From: an uncultured virus (IMG/VR IMGVR_UViG_3300037067_016944)
Lineage: Duplodnaviria; Heunggongvirae; Uroviricota; Caudoviricetes
Direction: 5' to 3' (one strand)
Length of the DNA: 64,000 nucleotides
IMG/VR virus record: IMGVR_UViG_3300037067_016944
The position numbers were made by a program, and so were the translations under genes. The notes beneath the pieces are model-generated. The model made no database searches, was not told the origin of the DNA, and saw only the letters and a program-made list of their open reading frames with translations. Shown here piece after piece: positions 29,770 through 40,765 of the stretch (the first letter of the stretch is position 1; every line of letters begins with the position of its first letter).

Positions 29770-30684
29770 ATGAAATGGTCCGAAAGTGAAATTTGTCTGG
29801 TAAGAACATTATATCAGAGTGCTGCAAGAGATGAAATACTGTTGGCGCTCAATAGAAGCTGGGAATCTATCAAGTTAAAAGCTAATGGGCTTGGGTTAAG
29901 ACGCGATCGCATATCGAAAAAGCAATCTAATTTGTCGGTGCTTTTATTAGATGCTCCTATATCTTATTATTGGATTGGATTCTTGGCGGCTGATGGACAT
30001 TTTTGTCAGAAACGAGTTGCTTTGGGTATCGCTATAAAGGATCTAGAGCACTTGAGAAAGTTCGGATGCTTTGTTAGTTGTGATAATGTTAATATTCGTG
30101 GCAATCGTCGCAGTTGCTATGTGTCGTGTATGGACGCTAGTGTTATTCCAGAATTGAGACGTAAATTCGGAATCTGTAATAGAAAGACAAGCAATCCATT
30201 AACGTTCGATTTTCCAGATGATATGCTGTTTATGTCATATTTCATTGGATTCGTCGATGGAGATGGCTCGATAGGTGGGACTGGAAATCGAAGAAGCATT
30301 TCAATCAAGATTCATAGGAATTGGTTGGATAGACTACGATCGTATGAGAAACGGATCTATGATATCTGCAGTACGCCGCAAACTAGCATTACCAGAATCA
30401 ACAAAAGAGGCTACGCACTGATGAATATTACTAACCCTGAAGTATTGGCGAAAATCAAAAGGTTTGGATTATACCTACACCTGCCGATGATGGAACGAAA
30501 ATGGGGTCGCATAGATGAGAATAAAACATGTCAAGACCAGTCTGTGAGAGAACGTATACGATATATATCGGAACATCAAGAACTTAATATTGCAGATCTC
30601 AGCAGACAGCTAGGGTTAAAATACCTGACATTATATATGTTTATGCAGCGCCACGGTTTGAGGTGCCAGTCTGCGGTGAAATAG
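29770..30684 (+). mobile_element. free-standing double-motif LAGLIDADG homing endonuclease gene
   Basis: YWIGFLAADG and YFIGFVDGDG; opposite strand to its neighbours; flanked by duplicated target-gene starts. Confidence 0.85.
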
Positions 30685-30689
30685 ATCAT
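30660..30689 (-). repeat. remnant copy of the phosphoesterase 5' end (MIYFTADWHL), duplicated at 29677-29706
   Basis: 25/30 nt identical; all 5 differences are synonymous third positions. Confidence 0.9.
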
Positions 30690-31099
30690 CGAAAATCGGC
30701 ATCCATTTCTATTCGAACGACAGTACAGCAGTTAGCCTTACGCACATCGTCTACTGCCGATTTTATGGCTACCTCTAATGATTCAGCCTCACGCGTGAAT
30801 CGTACCCAAGTACGAGTGCCGGACGATGCAATTGTGCCATCATCGCATCCAGCAGCCAGCAAGGCACCGACTATCTCGTTGGTGATGACGGTGCCATCAT
30901 CTAGAACGACGCAGAAGTCGTAGGACTTGTATTCTTCCAGTTGCGCCAGTTTTCGATTGGCTTCCTCGATCGTGCCTGTTGTCAACAAGATTCGTCTTGC
31001 TTTTTCCCAATCGGCACGATCGACAACAACATGTTCGTGATCTGGGTTCTGCCGTAGATGATTATGGCTGTGTAGAAAATTGGCTCGCGGTGCTAACAT
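30686..31099 (-). CDS. hypothetical protein with GCDDGT...FTREAESLE domain
   Basis: Motif recalled from small bacterial proteins, often planctomycete; unverified. Confidence 0.6.
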   Translation of the reverse strand: MLAPRANFLHSHNHLRQNPDHEHVVVDRADWEKARRILLTTGTIEEANRKLAQLEEYKSYDFCVVLDDGTVITNEIVGALLAAGCDDGTIASSGTRTWVRFTREAESLEVAIKSAVDDVRKANCCTVVRIEMDADFR

Positions 31100-31107
31100 T
31101 TTAATTC

Positions 31108-32145
31108 CTACAAACTATTTAACTTTTCTTCATCTTCTCTTATCCATGCTTCGATTCTGTCGATATATTCTTCAACACTTCCAATTTTGTCATTTAACTC
31201 GCTGAGCCACCCCTCTGCCCTCTCGCGGAAGTCGTCATTCCAAGCGGATGAGATCTTATCTTCAAGATCACTCTTGCTTGCGCGCATTTTTTCGAGGTTG
31301 GATGCAGCAGAATAAAGCCGTCCCCGATTATTTTCGAGGTTGGCCATTATTTTCGTTCTGATTTCAGATTTTTTATTTTCATAGTGTTCATTTCGCCGAC
31401 GTCTTAACTCGTCCCACCACACATCATGAACCTTACGCATATCTAGGATTGCATTGAAGCATTCCTGTTTATGCTCACCAAACATTTCTTCTCTATGGTC
31501 ATGTAGCCTGTTTCCAGCCTTTGCCAGTAAAGCAGATAGGGCCTTCATTTCGTCTATATTGATATCTAAAACGCCGAAAGGCGTACATGGTATCTCACAT
31601 GGCCGAGTATGTTCGACATCTGACAAGATATCGTTTTTTAAGTGTTCTGATCTATATTTTTTGTTGGTCTGATCGCTCTTGACCCGATCCCAGCATTCAT
31701 TGTGCCTGCCACGCATGCTTTGTATAGCATCAAAGCATTCTTGCTTGTGCTTAGTAGCCATCTCGCATTTATGTTCACTTAATTTTTTGCCTGCACGATT
31801 TAATGCAATCCCAAGATCTTTTAATGAATCGCGTAAATCACTATCAGATAGCACGAATGATGGAGGCTGTGCGACACTAACATCGCCCAAAATGTTGTCT
31901 TTAAGCTTTTCAGATCTCGCCCAAAATTCTTCTTGTTGGCTCTTCGCGTCGGTGCATAACGAACTAAATGAGTCCCAAAGCTCTGCCCTGTCGCTATTAG
32001 AAAGTGGCTTTAGAGTTTTGAATAACTCATTAATCTCTTTTACCAAATTCCAAAAATCTTTGTACCTTTTGGAAGATAGGTGATCTCTTAAATTGCTGAT
32101 AGCGCTGCCGATCGATCTAGCATTGTCGTTAGCTGCTGCTGACAT
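31108..32145 (-). CDS. helical repeat / coiled-coil protein, DUF349-like
   Basis: Internal duplication LKDNIL...HKQECF.AI..MR..H. Confidence 0.65.
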   Translation of the reverse strand: MSAAANDNARSIGSAISNLRDHLSSKRYKDFWNLVKEINELFKTLKPLSNSDRAELWDSFSSLCTDAKSQQEEFWARSEKLKDNILGDVSVAQPPSFVLSDSDLRDSLKDLGIALNRAGKKLSEHKCEMATKHKQECFDAIQSMRGRHNECWDRVKSDQTNKKYRSEHLKNDILSDVEHTRPCEIPCTPFGVLDINIDEMKALSALLAKAGNRLHDHREEMFGEHKQECFNAILDMRKVHDVWWDELRRRRNEHYENKKSEIRTKIMANLENNRGRLYSAASNLEKMRASKSDLEDKISSAWNDDFRERAEGWLSELNDKIGSVEEYIDRIEAWIREDEEKLNSL

Positions 32146-32159
32146 GTCTCACCGTGCGG

Positions 32160-32930
32160 TTATTCTCGCGGAATGAATATTTGAGCTAACTTGCAGATGA
32201 TATTAGGCTGCGGTATTGGTGGTGGTCCAGGTGCGCGATAGAGCCGCTTCATGAGAGACTCGAACACATCTGCATGCTTGCTGAGCCAAGAAAAGCCACG
32301 AGCATTGGAAAATTTATACATCTTTTCCAGCCGCAGCCAATCTTTTCTGAACGATTTGCCATGCTGCTTCATATATCGATGCAGCTTGTGTGCCAATCCT
32401 ACAGTCTTCCAGTGCTGCGTCTTGGCGTCGATTAGTGTCTGATGACGCCACATAGTGCCATTTAATGCACCGCCAAAAATCATCGTTTCAAACAACTCAT
32501 TTAAGGCTGTTCCGATAAATACTGTTGATACTGATGTTTCTTGTGGCTTGAGCGGCGGTGCATCAGAATGTCGCTCGAACGGTCCTGGGCGTTTGGTACC
32601 ACTACAGATCTCCGTCTTATCAATCATGCGGTGCTTGGCTTTTTCAAGGAAGATACCCCAACGAAAGAAGTTAGGCTCCTCGACAATGCGATAGTCTTCA
32701 GTCAGAATGTAATGGCAAAGCGGATATAGCTGATTGAAAGCATAGCGGTCGCCCTCATCTGCTCTGATCATCATGTCTGGAGCGACACATGGCTCAATAT
32801 CGTTGCTTCTGCTGGCATTCTCAAGCACGAAATCTTCAAACACACTATTGAGATCACAGTCGGTACTGTCCAACCATGGCTGGTCAGCGGCTATATTCGC
32901 TTTGTTGTATGGTATTATGTTCAGCGGCAT
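32160..32930 (-). CDS. phage hypothetical protein
   Basis: VSTVFIG...FETMIFGG motif. Confidence 0.65.
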   Translation of the reverse strand: MPLNIIPYNKANIAADQPWLDSTDCDLNSVFEDFVLENASRSNDIEPCVAPDMMIRADEGDRYAFNQLYPLCHYILTEDYRIVEEPNFFRWGIFLEKAKHRMIDKTEICSGTKRPGPFERHSDAPPLKPQETSVSTVFIGTALNELFETMIFGGALNGTMWRHQTLIDAKTQHWKTVGLAHKLHRYMKQHGKSFRKDWLRLEKMYKFSNARGFSWLSKHADVFESLMKRLYRAPGPPPIPQPNIICKLAQIFIPRE

Positions 32931-33235
32931 ACTACTCTCCGCATGCTCTCTTTAATGCTTCTTCGAAAGAAATTCTTGTGCTGATGTCTTCAACCTTCAC
33001 ATTAGCACCACCGAAAGGCTTCGCCATATGACGACCAACGGGTACTTCTAGCTGCTCACTCAAAGTCTGTGCCACTATTTGCGCGGCGACTCTATGGCCG
33101 AAGGTCAGAGGTTGTGTAGATGTGCCCATCCATGTATTCGTTTGCACGTCTAAGATGCCCCACGGTTTTGGGCTTTTCAAAGTACCAGGAACGAAATCTT
33201 CTTTTGTGAGCTCCGGTTCTTGTGTTGGTTCGAAT

Positions 33236-33724
33236 TTAAGAATGTCGCTCATTGTGATACTCCATCATGGTTCGATAGACCAGCATATTTGGCATATGTA
33301 GCCTGAAATAGAGACTATCATCCCCATACTTGATCTTGGCGATAGCGGCGGCAACTGCTGGCGAACGGCACGTACCCGCAAGGCAATGAATCAATAGTAG
33401 ATCGACTTGATCCCAAACAGATTCGACAAAATCCCAAATCTGTTTCGCATGGCTCTCATTACACAGGATCTTGTCTCCGCTTGGCTTATCAATATCGGCG
33501 AAAGCGACTTGCAGCCAACCAACAAGCTGGCATTTGTTTATCTTGGGCCAATCGCCAGGCTCGCATCCAATAGAGATACAGGCCCAAGGTTTATCACTTG
33601 TGAAATCGCTAGCCGCCGCCTTGCCTACAACCAGCAACTTACCATTGATGGGCTGCCCGAATCGCGTCTCTTCTCCGCTACAATCGTACATTAAATGCTC
33701 TCTTCTTCCAATGCGACTCGACAA
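33236..33724 (-). CDS. Cys-dependent (tyrosine/dual-specificity) phosphatase-like protein
   Basis: IHCLAGTCRS CX5R loop; PNMLVY. Confidence 0.8.
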   Translation of the reverse strand: MSSRIGRREHLMYDCSGEETRFGQPINGKLLVVGKAAASDFTSDKPWACISIGCEPGDWPKINKCQLVGWLQVAFADIDKPSGDKILCNESHAKQIWDFVESVWDQVDLLLIHCLAGTCRSPAVAAAIAKIKYGDDSLYFRLHMPNMLVYRTMMEYHNERHS

Positions 33725-34552
33725 GCAAAACGCAGTATCCGCATTTCACGCTCGGTGAGTGTAACGGTGTCAGCATCGCCATTTGGTTCTCGAATCACGT
33801 CGAGAATATAGCGAGGTTGTGAATTGTGCAACATCTCTGTTAATCTGGCATCCATCTCTCTGATACCATCCAACACGATGCCTTCATTCTCTGCCGTCCC
33901 CCAAACGGGATCGTATGAGTCGCTGACTGGCCCTGGCATTATGTCTCTTCCTCTGTGAGAACAAAGAACATCTCAGGGTGGCACCCCCAATGGCCTTTGC
34001 CGTCGCGATCAATCACTAAGCAGTGGCCGGGCATGTTTGTGATCATACCCATGAAGAGCATGTTTTGCATAAAACTCGCCGGTATTCTGGCCGCTTGTGC
34101 TAGACCTTGCGACATCATCGACTCCCAATCATAGACCACAATGGTTAGTGGCGGAGTCGCGCTCGTCGCACGTTCGTGGTTCGGAAGCCGTTTATTTCTT
34201 TCGACTTGTTTTCTGATTTGTTCAAGTGTTTCTTCTTGCATAGCTAATTCCTTTGGAGATCAAGCATTCGTTTGGTGTGCATATTCTCTTCCTGAACACG
34301 AAGTATGTCGGCCATCGCTTCTGGCAATGATTCAAAACGTGTTATGCCGTCTTCGTACGACAAATCAGGCGACAAGCAAAGACCGCATCGATGGTTCAGT
34401 ATTTCTTGAGCTACCGCGTCTTCGATTGTGCTGCGCAGCTTTGCAATAGCTGTTTCCGGCGTGAAATCGGGTTCTTCCCACGCCAACGCAGCAATACAAT
34501 GGCGGCTTGGGCATAGACATTGCGTGATGTGGACTCTCATATAAACACCATA

Positions 34553-34996
34553 TTATTGCATATATGCTTTTCCAGCCGATATAATCGCATCGACAAGAGG
34601 AACACCGTCATAAGTAGCCGAAATCGATGCAATCCCCGACTTCACAGTCATGTTGTAGCCGCCGAGATCGAGGACTGATACAGCTTGTACTGACCCGTTT
34701 TCCATCAATTCGATTGCCTGCTTATATTTCTCAAGCAACGCAATCTTTTCTTGTAGCGGTCTGATGAATAGCTCATAGACTGCTTCCTGTATAGCGACGT
34801 CGGCAGGCAAGGTCGACGGGTGCTCTGCCATGTAGCCTTTCAGAATATCGACACGCAATTCGAAGATGTATTGTTGCAACGGGATGCTGTCACCGTTGCG
34901 ATAAGCATCCATCGACCGTGCTTCCATTTCTAAGTCGCGTGGCGGCAGTTCTGCTCTGCTTGGTGTGTTCGACATTTTATATTCCGCATCAGTCAA
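34553..34996 (-). CDS. hypothetical protein
   Basis: Part of a minus-strand array. Confidence 0.55.
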   Translation of the reverse strand: MTDAEYKMSNTPSRAELPPRDLEMEARSMDAYRNGDSIPLQQYIFELRVDILKGYMAEHPSTLPADVAIQEAVYELFIRPLQEKIALLEKYKQAIELMENGSVQAVSVLDLGGYNMTVKSGIASISATYDGVPLVDAIISAGKAYMQ

Positions 34997-35533
34997 GGTG
35001 AATTACCCGATCACCATTACCAGCAATTTTGGTTGGTTCTGGTGCCGCTTGATCCGTCAAATACTTAAGAGTGGTATAAAACCAGCAAGCATGTAAGCCA
35101 ATCCTCTATATCTCCTAAAAAGAGGTGGATACTGAATCAGGAGGTTATAGCCCGAATAGAATAACGATTTAATTAAAGACGACACAAACCTCACACTCGA
35201 CTTGAGTACCGTAGTCAACATCTTCGTCGTAGCCAAGCCTTTTCAAAGTATTCACGAGTGTCGCTACGTGTATAGTCACCGTTGTCTATACCAACCCTGT
35301 GTATCGATGTTTTTCGAGGTGGGATTTCTGATTGTTATTATTTCTTTGTGGACTTCACCGAAGAGATCACTATACATCTCTGCGTAGCTGTGTGCCATCT
35401 CCTCTGACGTGGTATAATATGCGACTAACCCATCAGCTATTTCTGATAAATTCATTCTATTGCACATCTTTGTCCAAACATATGATATGCATTTCTATTG
35501 ATTACTGGAAAAGCCTCTTGCAACGCTAAAATC

Positions 35534-36682
35534 ATGACATATGTAAAACCATTAGTGATGCAGTCGAATAAATTACAGACACTGCCGACCAATGGCGTAA
35601 TAAATCATGGTGATTTTCCTCTGTGGACGACTAATAGTTTAGCCTGGATACAAACTAGGCAAGCGATAGCGATGCGGTCTAGGTTAAATCTTGCATCGTC
35701 GCAGCAATATGTATATTCAACACTGACCAGTGGCAATGTTAACCTTGCTTCTGGTAAATGGGCTGGTGGTGTGCTAGCTCCAAATGGAATGATTTACTGT
35801 ATACCATATGCTTCGTACACGATTTTGAAAATAGACCCAACAACAGATGTTGCTATACAAATAGGTGATTATTCTGGCCAATATAAATGGTTCGGTGGTG
35901 TACTTGCACCTAATGGTATGATTTATGGGATACCACATAGTAGCACATCAATTTTGAAAATTGACCCGACAACCGACACAATTACAACATTCGGGAATAC
36001 TGGTGCAGGTAATAAATGGGCTGGAGGTGTGCTAGCTCCAAATGGTTATATTTACGGAATACCATATAGTTCAACTGCGATTTTGAAAATCGACCCGGAA
36101 ACGGATACATTTACAACGTTCGGAAGTGCTGGTGGTGGCGTTAATAAATGGCTTGGGGGTGTTTTAGCTCCAAATGGAATGATTTATGGGGTGCCACATA
36201 GCAGCACGTCAGCTTTAAAGATTGACCCGATAACTGACACAATTACAACATTTGGAAGTGCTGCTGGTACACTAAAATGGGCTGGAGGCGCATTAGCTCT
36301 AAATGGAATGATCTATGGGATGCCAGGTCAGATGGCATCAGTCTTAAAGATTGACCCGACAACTGACACATTTACAACATTTGGAAGCATTGGAGCCGCC
36401 AACAATGAATGGAGCGGGGGTGTATTAGCTCCCAACGGTATGATCTATGGAATAGCAGCCAACAATGGATATCCATTACAGATCAACCCAACTACAGACA
36501 CAGTAACAACCTTTGGTGCTTCTCTGGGCGCTAATGCAAGTAGATGGAGTGGAGGTGTGTTGGCTCCAAATGGCGTGATCTATGGCGTACCATCTTCTGG
36601 TAATTTAATACTAAAGATTGGTGTGCCAGCAATTGATATTCAGATTAACTTTCCACTATCACGACATTTTAATAAATTCTAA
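35534..36682 (+). CDS. 7-repeat beta-propeller protein, possibly a virion or receptor-binding protein
   Basis: Seven ~43-aa repeats W.GGVLAPNG.IYG.P....ILKIDP.TDT.TTFG. Confidence 0.8.
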   Translation: MTYVKPLVMQSNKLQTLPTNGVINHGDFPLWTTNSLAWIQTRQAIAMRSRLNLASSQQYVYSTLTSGNVNLASGKWAGGVLAPNGMIYCIPYASYTILKIDPTTDVAIQIGDYSGQYKWFGGVLAPNGMIYGIPHSSTSILKIDPTTDTITTFGNTGAGNKWAGGVLAPNGYIYGIPYSSTAILKIDPETDTFTTFGSAGGGVNKWLGGVLAPNGMIYGVPHSSTSALKIDPITDTITTFGSAAGTLKWAGGALALNGMIYGMPGQMASVLKIDPTTDTFTTFGSIGAANNEWSGGVLAPNGMIYGIAANNGYPLQINPTTDTVTTFGASLGANASRWSGGVLAPNGVIYGVPSSGNLILKIGVPAIDIQINFPLSRHFNKF

Positions 36683-36684
36683 TA

Positions 36685-37311
36685 TCAAGATGGCCATTCA
36701 CCAACACGGACATAAAAATCTTTGATGACCTTTTTGATCCGAGCCTGTACTTCGTTTATGGAACCTACAGCCTCAACAACTACTATTTTATCTGACTTGG
36801 AAGCTTCTGCAAAGAATCCATTACGCACTTTGGCATGAAATTCCTGCCCCTGCTGTTCCATCCTATCTAATGGTCGCCCATCTATTCTCTTATAGGCTAT
36901 ATCGAGCGGAACATCCAAATAGATGGTCAAATCTGGCATAATCCCCTGGGTTGCGCATCTGCCGATGTCGTAGAGCGATTCAACATTCAACCCTCTGGCG
37001 TGTCCCTGATAGGCTATGTTAGCCAATAGATAACGATCACTGACAACGAATTTCTTCTGCTCCAATGCCGGTTTGATTATTTCTTCGACCAATTGAGCCC
37101 GTGCCGCCATATATAACAACATTTCGCTACGACAACTAATCTGTAAATCATTGCGGTGGAGTAAAATTTCTCGCACGGAGTCGCCAAGCTGCGTGCTACC
37201 AGGATCTCGGCACGCTACTACATCATAGCCTTGTTCTGTTAGCCATTCACATGTCAACTTGATTTGTGTTGATTTGCCGCAGCCTTCACCACCATCGAAT
37301 GATAAAAACAT
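36685..37311 (-). CDS. tmk: thymidylate kinase
   Basis: DGGEGCGKSTQ, RDPG, LYMAARAQ, SDRY...AYQG, PDLT. Confidence 0.95.
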   Translation of the reverse strand: MFLSFDGGEGCGKSTQIKLTCEWLTEQGYDVVACRDPGSTQLGDSVREILLHRNDLQISCRSEMLLYMAARAQLVEEIIKPALEQKKFVVSDRYLLANIAYQGHARGLNVESLYDIGRCATQGIMPDLTIYLDVPLDIAYKRIDGRPLDRMEQQGQEFHAKVRNGFFAEASKSDKIVVVEAVGSINEVQARIKKVIKDFYVRVGEWPS

Positions 37312-37356
37312 AATGTACCTCGTGTTGCTGATGCTCTTACATACTGAGAGAAGACA

Positions 37357-37770
37357 ATGAAATATCGCACGCTAGCTTTCTACAGATATATGGTTATGTC
37401 CGATTATGTTGTTCAGACTGACATATATCCGCCAAGTGATTTAATATTTGAATTTATGGAGCTGTCAACTACTGGCCAATTATCTATAAAACGCGGTTAT
37501 GCGTGGGATGGTGTAACCGGCTTCATGATAGTACCTAAATGCTTGTTGAGAGGGTCATTAATACACGACGTTTTTTATCAATTTATGCGATTGGGTGTTT
37601 TAGACCAATCAACCAACCGCATTCTTGCGGATCGTATGCTCAGAAAGATATGCTTAGAGGATGGAGCGCTAAGGATTCTATCATCATTTATTTATCTCGG
37701 TGCGCGATTACTCGGTAAACTATTGTTATATAAGGAAGATAAAGAGGTCATTACTTTTGAGGCCCCGTGA
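37357..37770 (+). CDS. DUF1353-like protein
   Basis: GYAWDG...SLIHDVFYQ...ADRML. Confidence 0.65.
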   Translation: MKYRTLAFYRYMVMSDYVVQTDIYPPSDLIFEFMELSTTGQLSIKRGYAWDGVTGFMIVPKCLLRGSLIHDVFYQFMRLGVLDQSTNRILADRMLRKICLEDGALRILSSFIYLGARLLGKLLLYKEDKEVITFEAP

Positions 37771-37800
37771 AATCTTGTGCGGTTTGTGTATTTAATCGCT

Positions 37801-38937
37801 ATGCCACCGCTAGCCCTGCAACTTCGACCAAAGACGTTCGATGACGTTATCGGACAACCACATCTAACAGGTCCTGAGTCGGTATTCCGTAAGTGTATCG
37901 AAGCAGATAATTTCTCTAGTTTCGTTTTATATGGACCGTCTGGGACCGGGAAGACCTCTATCGTTCACGTGCTAGAGCAGCGGTTTAAGATACATAAATT
38001 CAATGCAACTACATTCACAGCCAAGGAAGTTCGTAAAGTTCTTGATGGTGACGACAATATTATCGTTATGATTGATGAATGTTATCGCTTGACTGCCCCT
38101 CAGAGTGATATACTCCTGCCTTATCTTGAAACTTCTCGTGTCAGATTTATCGGTTGCACTGTTGAGAACCCGTTCCACTCAATGCGTTCATCTCTTCTGT
38201 CGAGATGCCACATCTTTGAGACTGAGCCGCTTTCACAGCTCGACGTGTTGAAGGTTATCATCAAAGGTGTTAGTTATCTAAAACAAAACTGGCCTATACA
38301 TTTAGAGAAAGATGCTGCGAAATACATCAGCATTGTTGCTAATGGTGATGCACGTAAAGCATTGTCAATTCTTGAGATGGCTTTCAACTATAAAAATAAC
38401 ATTACTATTGATATAGCCAAAAGAGTCGCACCATCAAAATACTTCATACTCGCGGACCAAGATCATTTTGATTTAGCGTCAGCGTTTCAAGGCAGCATAC
38501 AGGCTAGTGATCCAGATTCGGCAATTTTTTGGTTAGCAAAATGGCTCGAATCGGGTGAAGATCCGCGTTATATCGCAAGGAGGTTAATGGTTAGTGCGTC
38601 AGAAGACGCCGCTAGCACACCGATATGTGCCGCTGTTGCACATGCTGCGTATATCGCAGCGAAAGAAGTCGGTCGGCCAGAGTGCGATATTCCGTTAGCT
38701 CATGCCACCATCCTAGTCGCCACCGCACCAAGAAACAAGTCCGCAGCATGCGCAATCTGGTCGGCTGTGAGCGATGTGAGGCATGGTGTAACTGTCGAAG
38801 TCCCGAAAGCTTTGAAAGACAGCCACTACAAATCGTGCGAAAAATTGGGACACGGGTTGTATAACGATGGCATGAATCAAGAAGCTTATGTCGGTGTTGG
38901 TAGAAGATATTACCTTCCTGAAGATTGGGAGAAATGA
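37801..38937 (+). CDS. rarA: replication-associated recombination AAA+ ATPase RarA/MgsA
   Basis: LRPKTFDDVIGQ, GPSGTGKT, ENP, LLSRC, GDARKAL, SDPD, GEDP.YIARRL. Confidence 0.92.
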   Translation: MPPLALQLRPKTFDDVIGQPHLTGPESVFRKCIEADNFSSFVLYGPSGTGKTSIVHVLEQRFKIHKFNATTFTAKEVRKVLDGDDNIIVMIDECYRLTAPQSDILLPYLETSRVRFIGCTVENPFHSMRSSLLSRCHIFETEPLSQLDVLKVIIKGVSYLKQNWPIHLEKDAAKYISIVANGDARKALSILEMAFNYKNNITIDIAKRVAPSKYFILADQDHFDLASAFQGSIQASDPDSAIFWLAKWLESGEDPRYIARRLMVSASEDAASTPICAAVAHAAYIAAKEVGRPECDIPLAHATILVATAPRNKSAACAIWSAVSDVRHGVTVEVPKALKDSHYKSCEKLGHGLYNDGMNQEAYVGVGRRYYLPEDWEK

Positions 38938-38941
38938 TATA

Positions 38942-39166
38942 ATGAAAATTAAGATAGACCTGACAGCCGCAGCCGCCAAAGAATTGACACGTATCTCTGA
39001 ACAGACCGGTTTATCGAAAGCCAAAGTGATTCAGAAGTCATTCAATCTATTTCGCACCTACTTAGAGTCGACTGCTAATGGTAGCGAGTGGCTTTTTTTG
39101 CCTAATACTAGTTTGGACGATTACAGCCATTTGGAAAGAATTACTGTCCCAGGATTAAAACTATGA
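38942..39166 (+). CDS. ribbon-helix-helix-like small protein
   Basis: IKIDLT...ELTRISEQTGLSKAKVI. Confidence 0.5.
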   Translation: MKIKIDLTAAAAKELTRISEQTGLSKAKVIQKSFNLFRTYLESTANGSEWLFLPNTSLDDYSHLERITVPGLKL

Positions 39167-39639
39167 TTGACTTTAATGAATTGGTTGAACGTCTGAAATC
39201 ATGGTCCGATGCAAAACATACTTGCACCCAGTGTGGTATGCTAGAACCAGCTTGCGATTGCAGAAATGGGCATGAAGAGGGACAAAACTGGGAACCAACG
39301 GACGAGTCGCACATATTCGATGAAGCGGTTACGGCAATCGAGATGCTTCTCGGTTTTGCCGAAAGAGCGTGTCCGAAATGCGATGGATGCGGTAAGCTCT
39401 TACTACAAGGTGGAGTTGTTGAAGCTGACGGTATCACGAAGAAGCCAGCACGCATTGTGTGTCTGAACTGCAAAGACCCAAATTTTGTAAAGGCACCGTC
39501 GCGCGCCGAGTTGTCGATGAAAGATTGGATCTTGACTGACGGTGATGCTGAAACGATCACGAAGGCTCTGGCAGATGGGTCATCCAGAGCCAAAATCATG
39601 GCGGAGCCATTACAGCCATTCATTCCGCCGAAATCATGA
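39163..39639 (+). CDS. Cys-rich hypothetical protein
   Basis: CxxC motifs; ATGA overlaps. Confidence 0.6.
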   Translation: MIDFNELVERLKSWSDAKHTCTQCGMLEPACDCRNGHEEGQNWEPTDESHIFDEAVTAIEMLLGFAERACPKCDGCGKLLLQGGVVEADGITKKPARIVCLNCKDPNFVKAPSRAELSMKDWILTDGDAETITKALADGSSRAKIMAEPLQPFIPPKS

Positions 39640-40063
39640 TTGGCAGTAAGATAGAAGAATTGCCGGAAGATCTGCAGACCGTAGCGAAGCGCATATCTAC
39701 GACCGCAGAATGCAAATGCGACCTCTCGGTCGGTTTTATCTGTGAATCGTGCGTTATTTATGCCTTGATGATCAACGCAGCAAAGGAGATCGTCAAATTG
39801 AGAGGCGAAGCTTCTGAGAAAAGAAAGACTGACAGAGAACGAATAGTCGGTCTTCCGATTGCTCATCGTACAAGTATGACGTATGTTGGCAGGAACATTT
39901 ATATCATTGAGGGTGCGAAAGGCTTGTACTGGTTGAGAAAGCGGCTTCAAGATGAGAAGCTTCCAAAAGTATCAGCTAGGCGTCAAAGTACGCGCGGGTG
40001 TAGCTGGGCTGAATCAGTTTTTGTGCGAGGTAAAGAATTAGAGGAGTTGTTGAAGCCCGCATT

Positions 40064-40333
40064 ATGCGAGTAGTTCACTGCAAGAAGACAAGCTATACAG
40101 ATTACATCGGTCGGCCATCATCTTTTGGCAATCCGTTCGCCATCGGGGTTGATGGCACCAGAGAGCAAGTCATCGAGAAATATGAGACTTACGCTCGGAA
40201 CAACCCTGACCTTCTCGAACTCATCAGAGACCTCCCAGAAGATGCCGTTTTGGGGTGCTTTTGCTATCCTAAGCCGTGTCATGGCGATGTTATTATAAAA
40301 CTCTGGGAAGAAATGCATACTCCTCAAATATAG
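40064..40333 (+). CDS. DUF4326 protein
   Basis: YIGRPS.FGNPF...LGCFCYPKPCHGDV. Confidence 0.85.
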   Translation: MRVVHCKKTSYTDYIGRPSSFGNPFAIGVDGTREQVIEKYETYARNNPDLLELIRDLPEDAVLGCFCYPKPCHGDVIIKLWEEMHTPQI

Positions 40334-40336
40334 TGC

Positions 40337-40765
40337 ATGCGGCTGCTACTCTCTGAATCTGTTGATTGGAAGCTTGATATTATCGACTCGTATGAGGAGA
40401 TATCGCCAAACGACTTTTATCTAAATAGAGAAGTTGAGGCCAGAAAAGGCGATAAACTACAATATATTACTTATTTGGCGTTCTTAGAATCAATCAACGA
40501 AACCGGGTTGAAATTCGGTATCACCGTTAGAGTAGAACTAATAGTCAATGACAGATCCGGGATAGCATGGATTGATTGGATCGGCAAAGGACCAAATCGC
40601 CACAACAACACAGATAAAGCACCAAGCTACGCGAATCTCAGACATTTGCTTTCTCAAATTGCGAAGAACCATCCACACATTAAATTCTTTGCAGGTAATA
40701 GAGAGAGTGGGATGCGTGAAAAGTTCGGCAAACCAGAGTTTAAATTGAGAGCTAGCAAACTCTAA
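40337..40765 (+). CDS. hypothetical protein
   Basis: 142 aa ORF. Confidence 0.6.
   Translation: MRLLLSESVDWKLDIIDSYEEISPNDFYLNREVEARKGDKLQYITYLAFLESINETGLKFGITVRVELIVNDRSGIAWIDWIGKGPNRHNNTDKAPSYANLRHLLSQIAKNHPHIKFFAGNRESGMREKFGKPEFKLRASKL

Noticed and set aside
29677..30689. Group I intron in the phosphoesterase gene
   Set aside because: The endonuclease is antisense to the host gene and fills nearly the whole insert, leaving no room for a ribozyme core; the gene start is duplicated instead
34990..35120. Possible degraded small ORF ending RVIHLD
   Set aside because: No convincing start codon after the AGGAG; too short to support
35740..36620. DGR template/variable repeats or CRISPR-like repeats
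   Set aside because: The repeats are in-frame protein repeats with changes at all bases, not adenine-specific
39141..39950. 269-aa minus-strand ORF and similar long antisense ORFs (2659-3201, 49485-50114, 43805-44278)
   Set aside because: They lie opposite better-supported coupled genes and show no recognisable motifs
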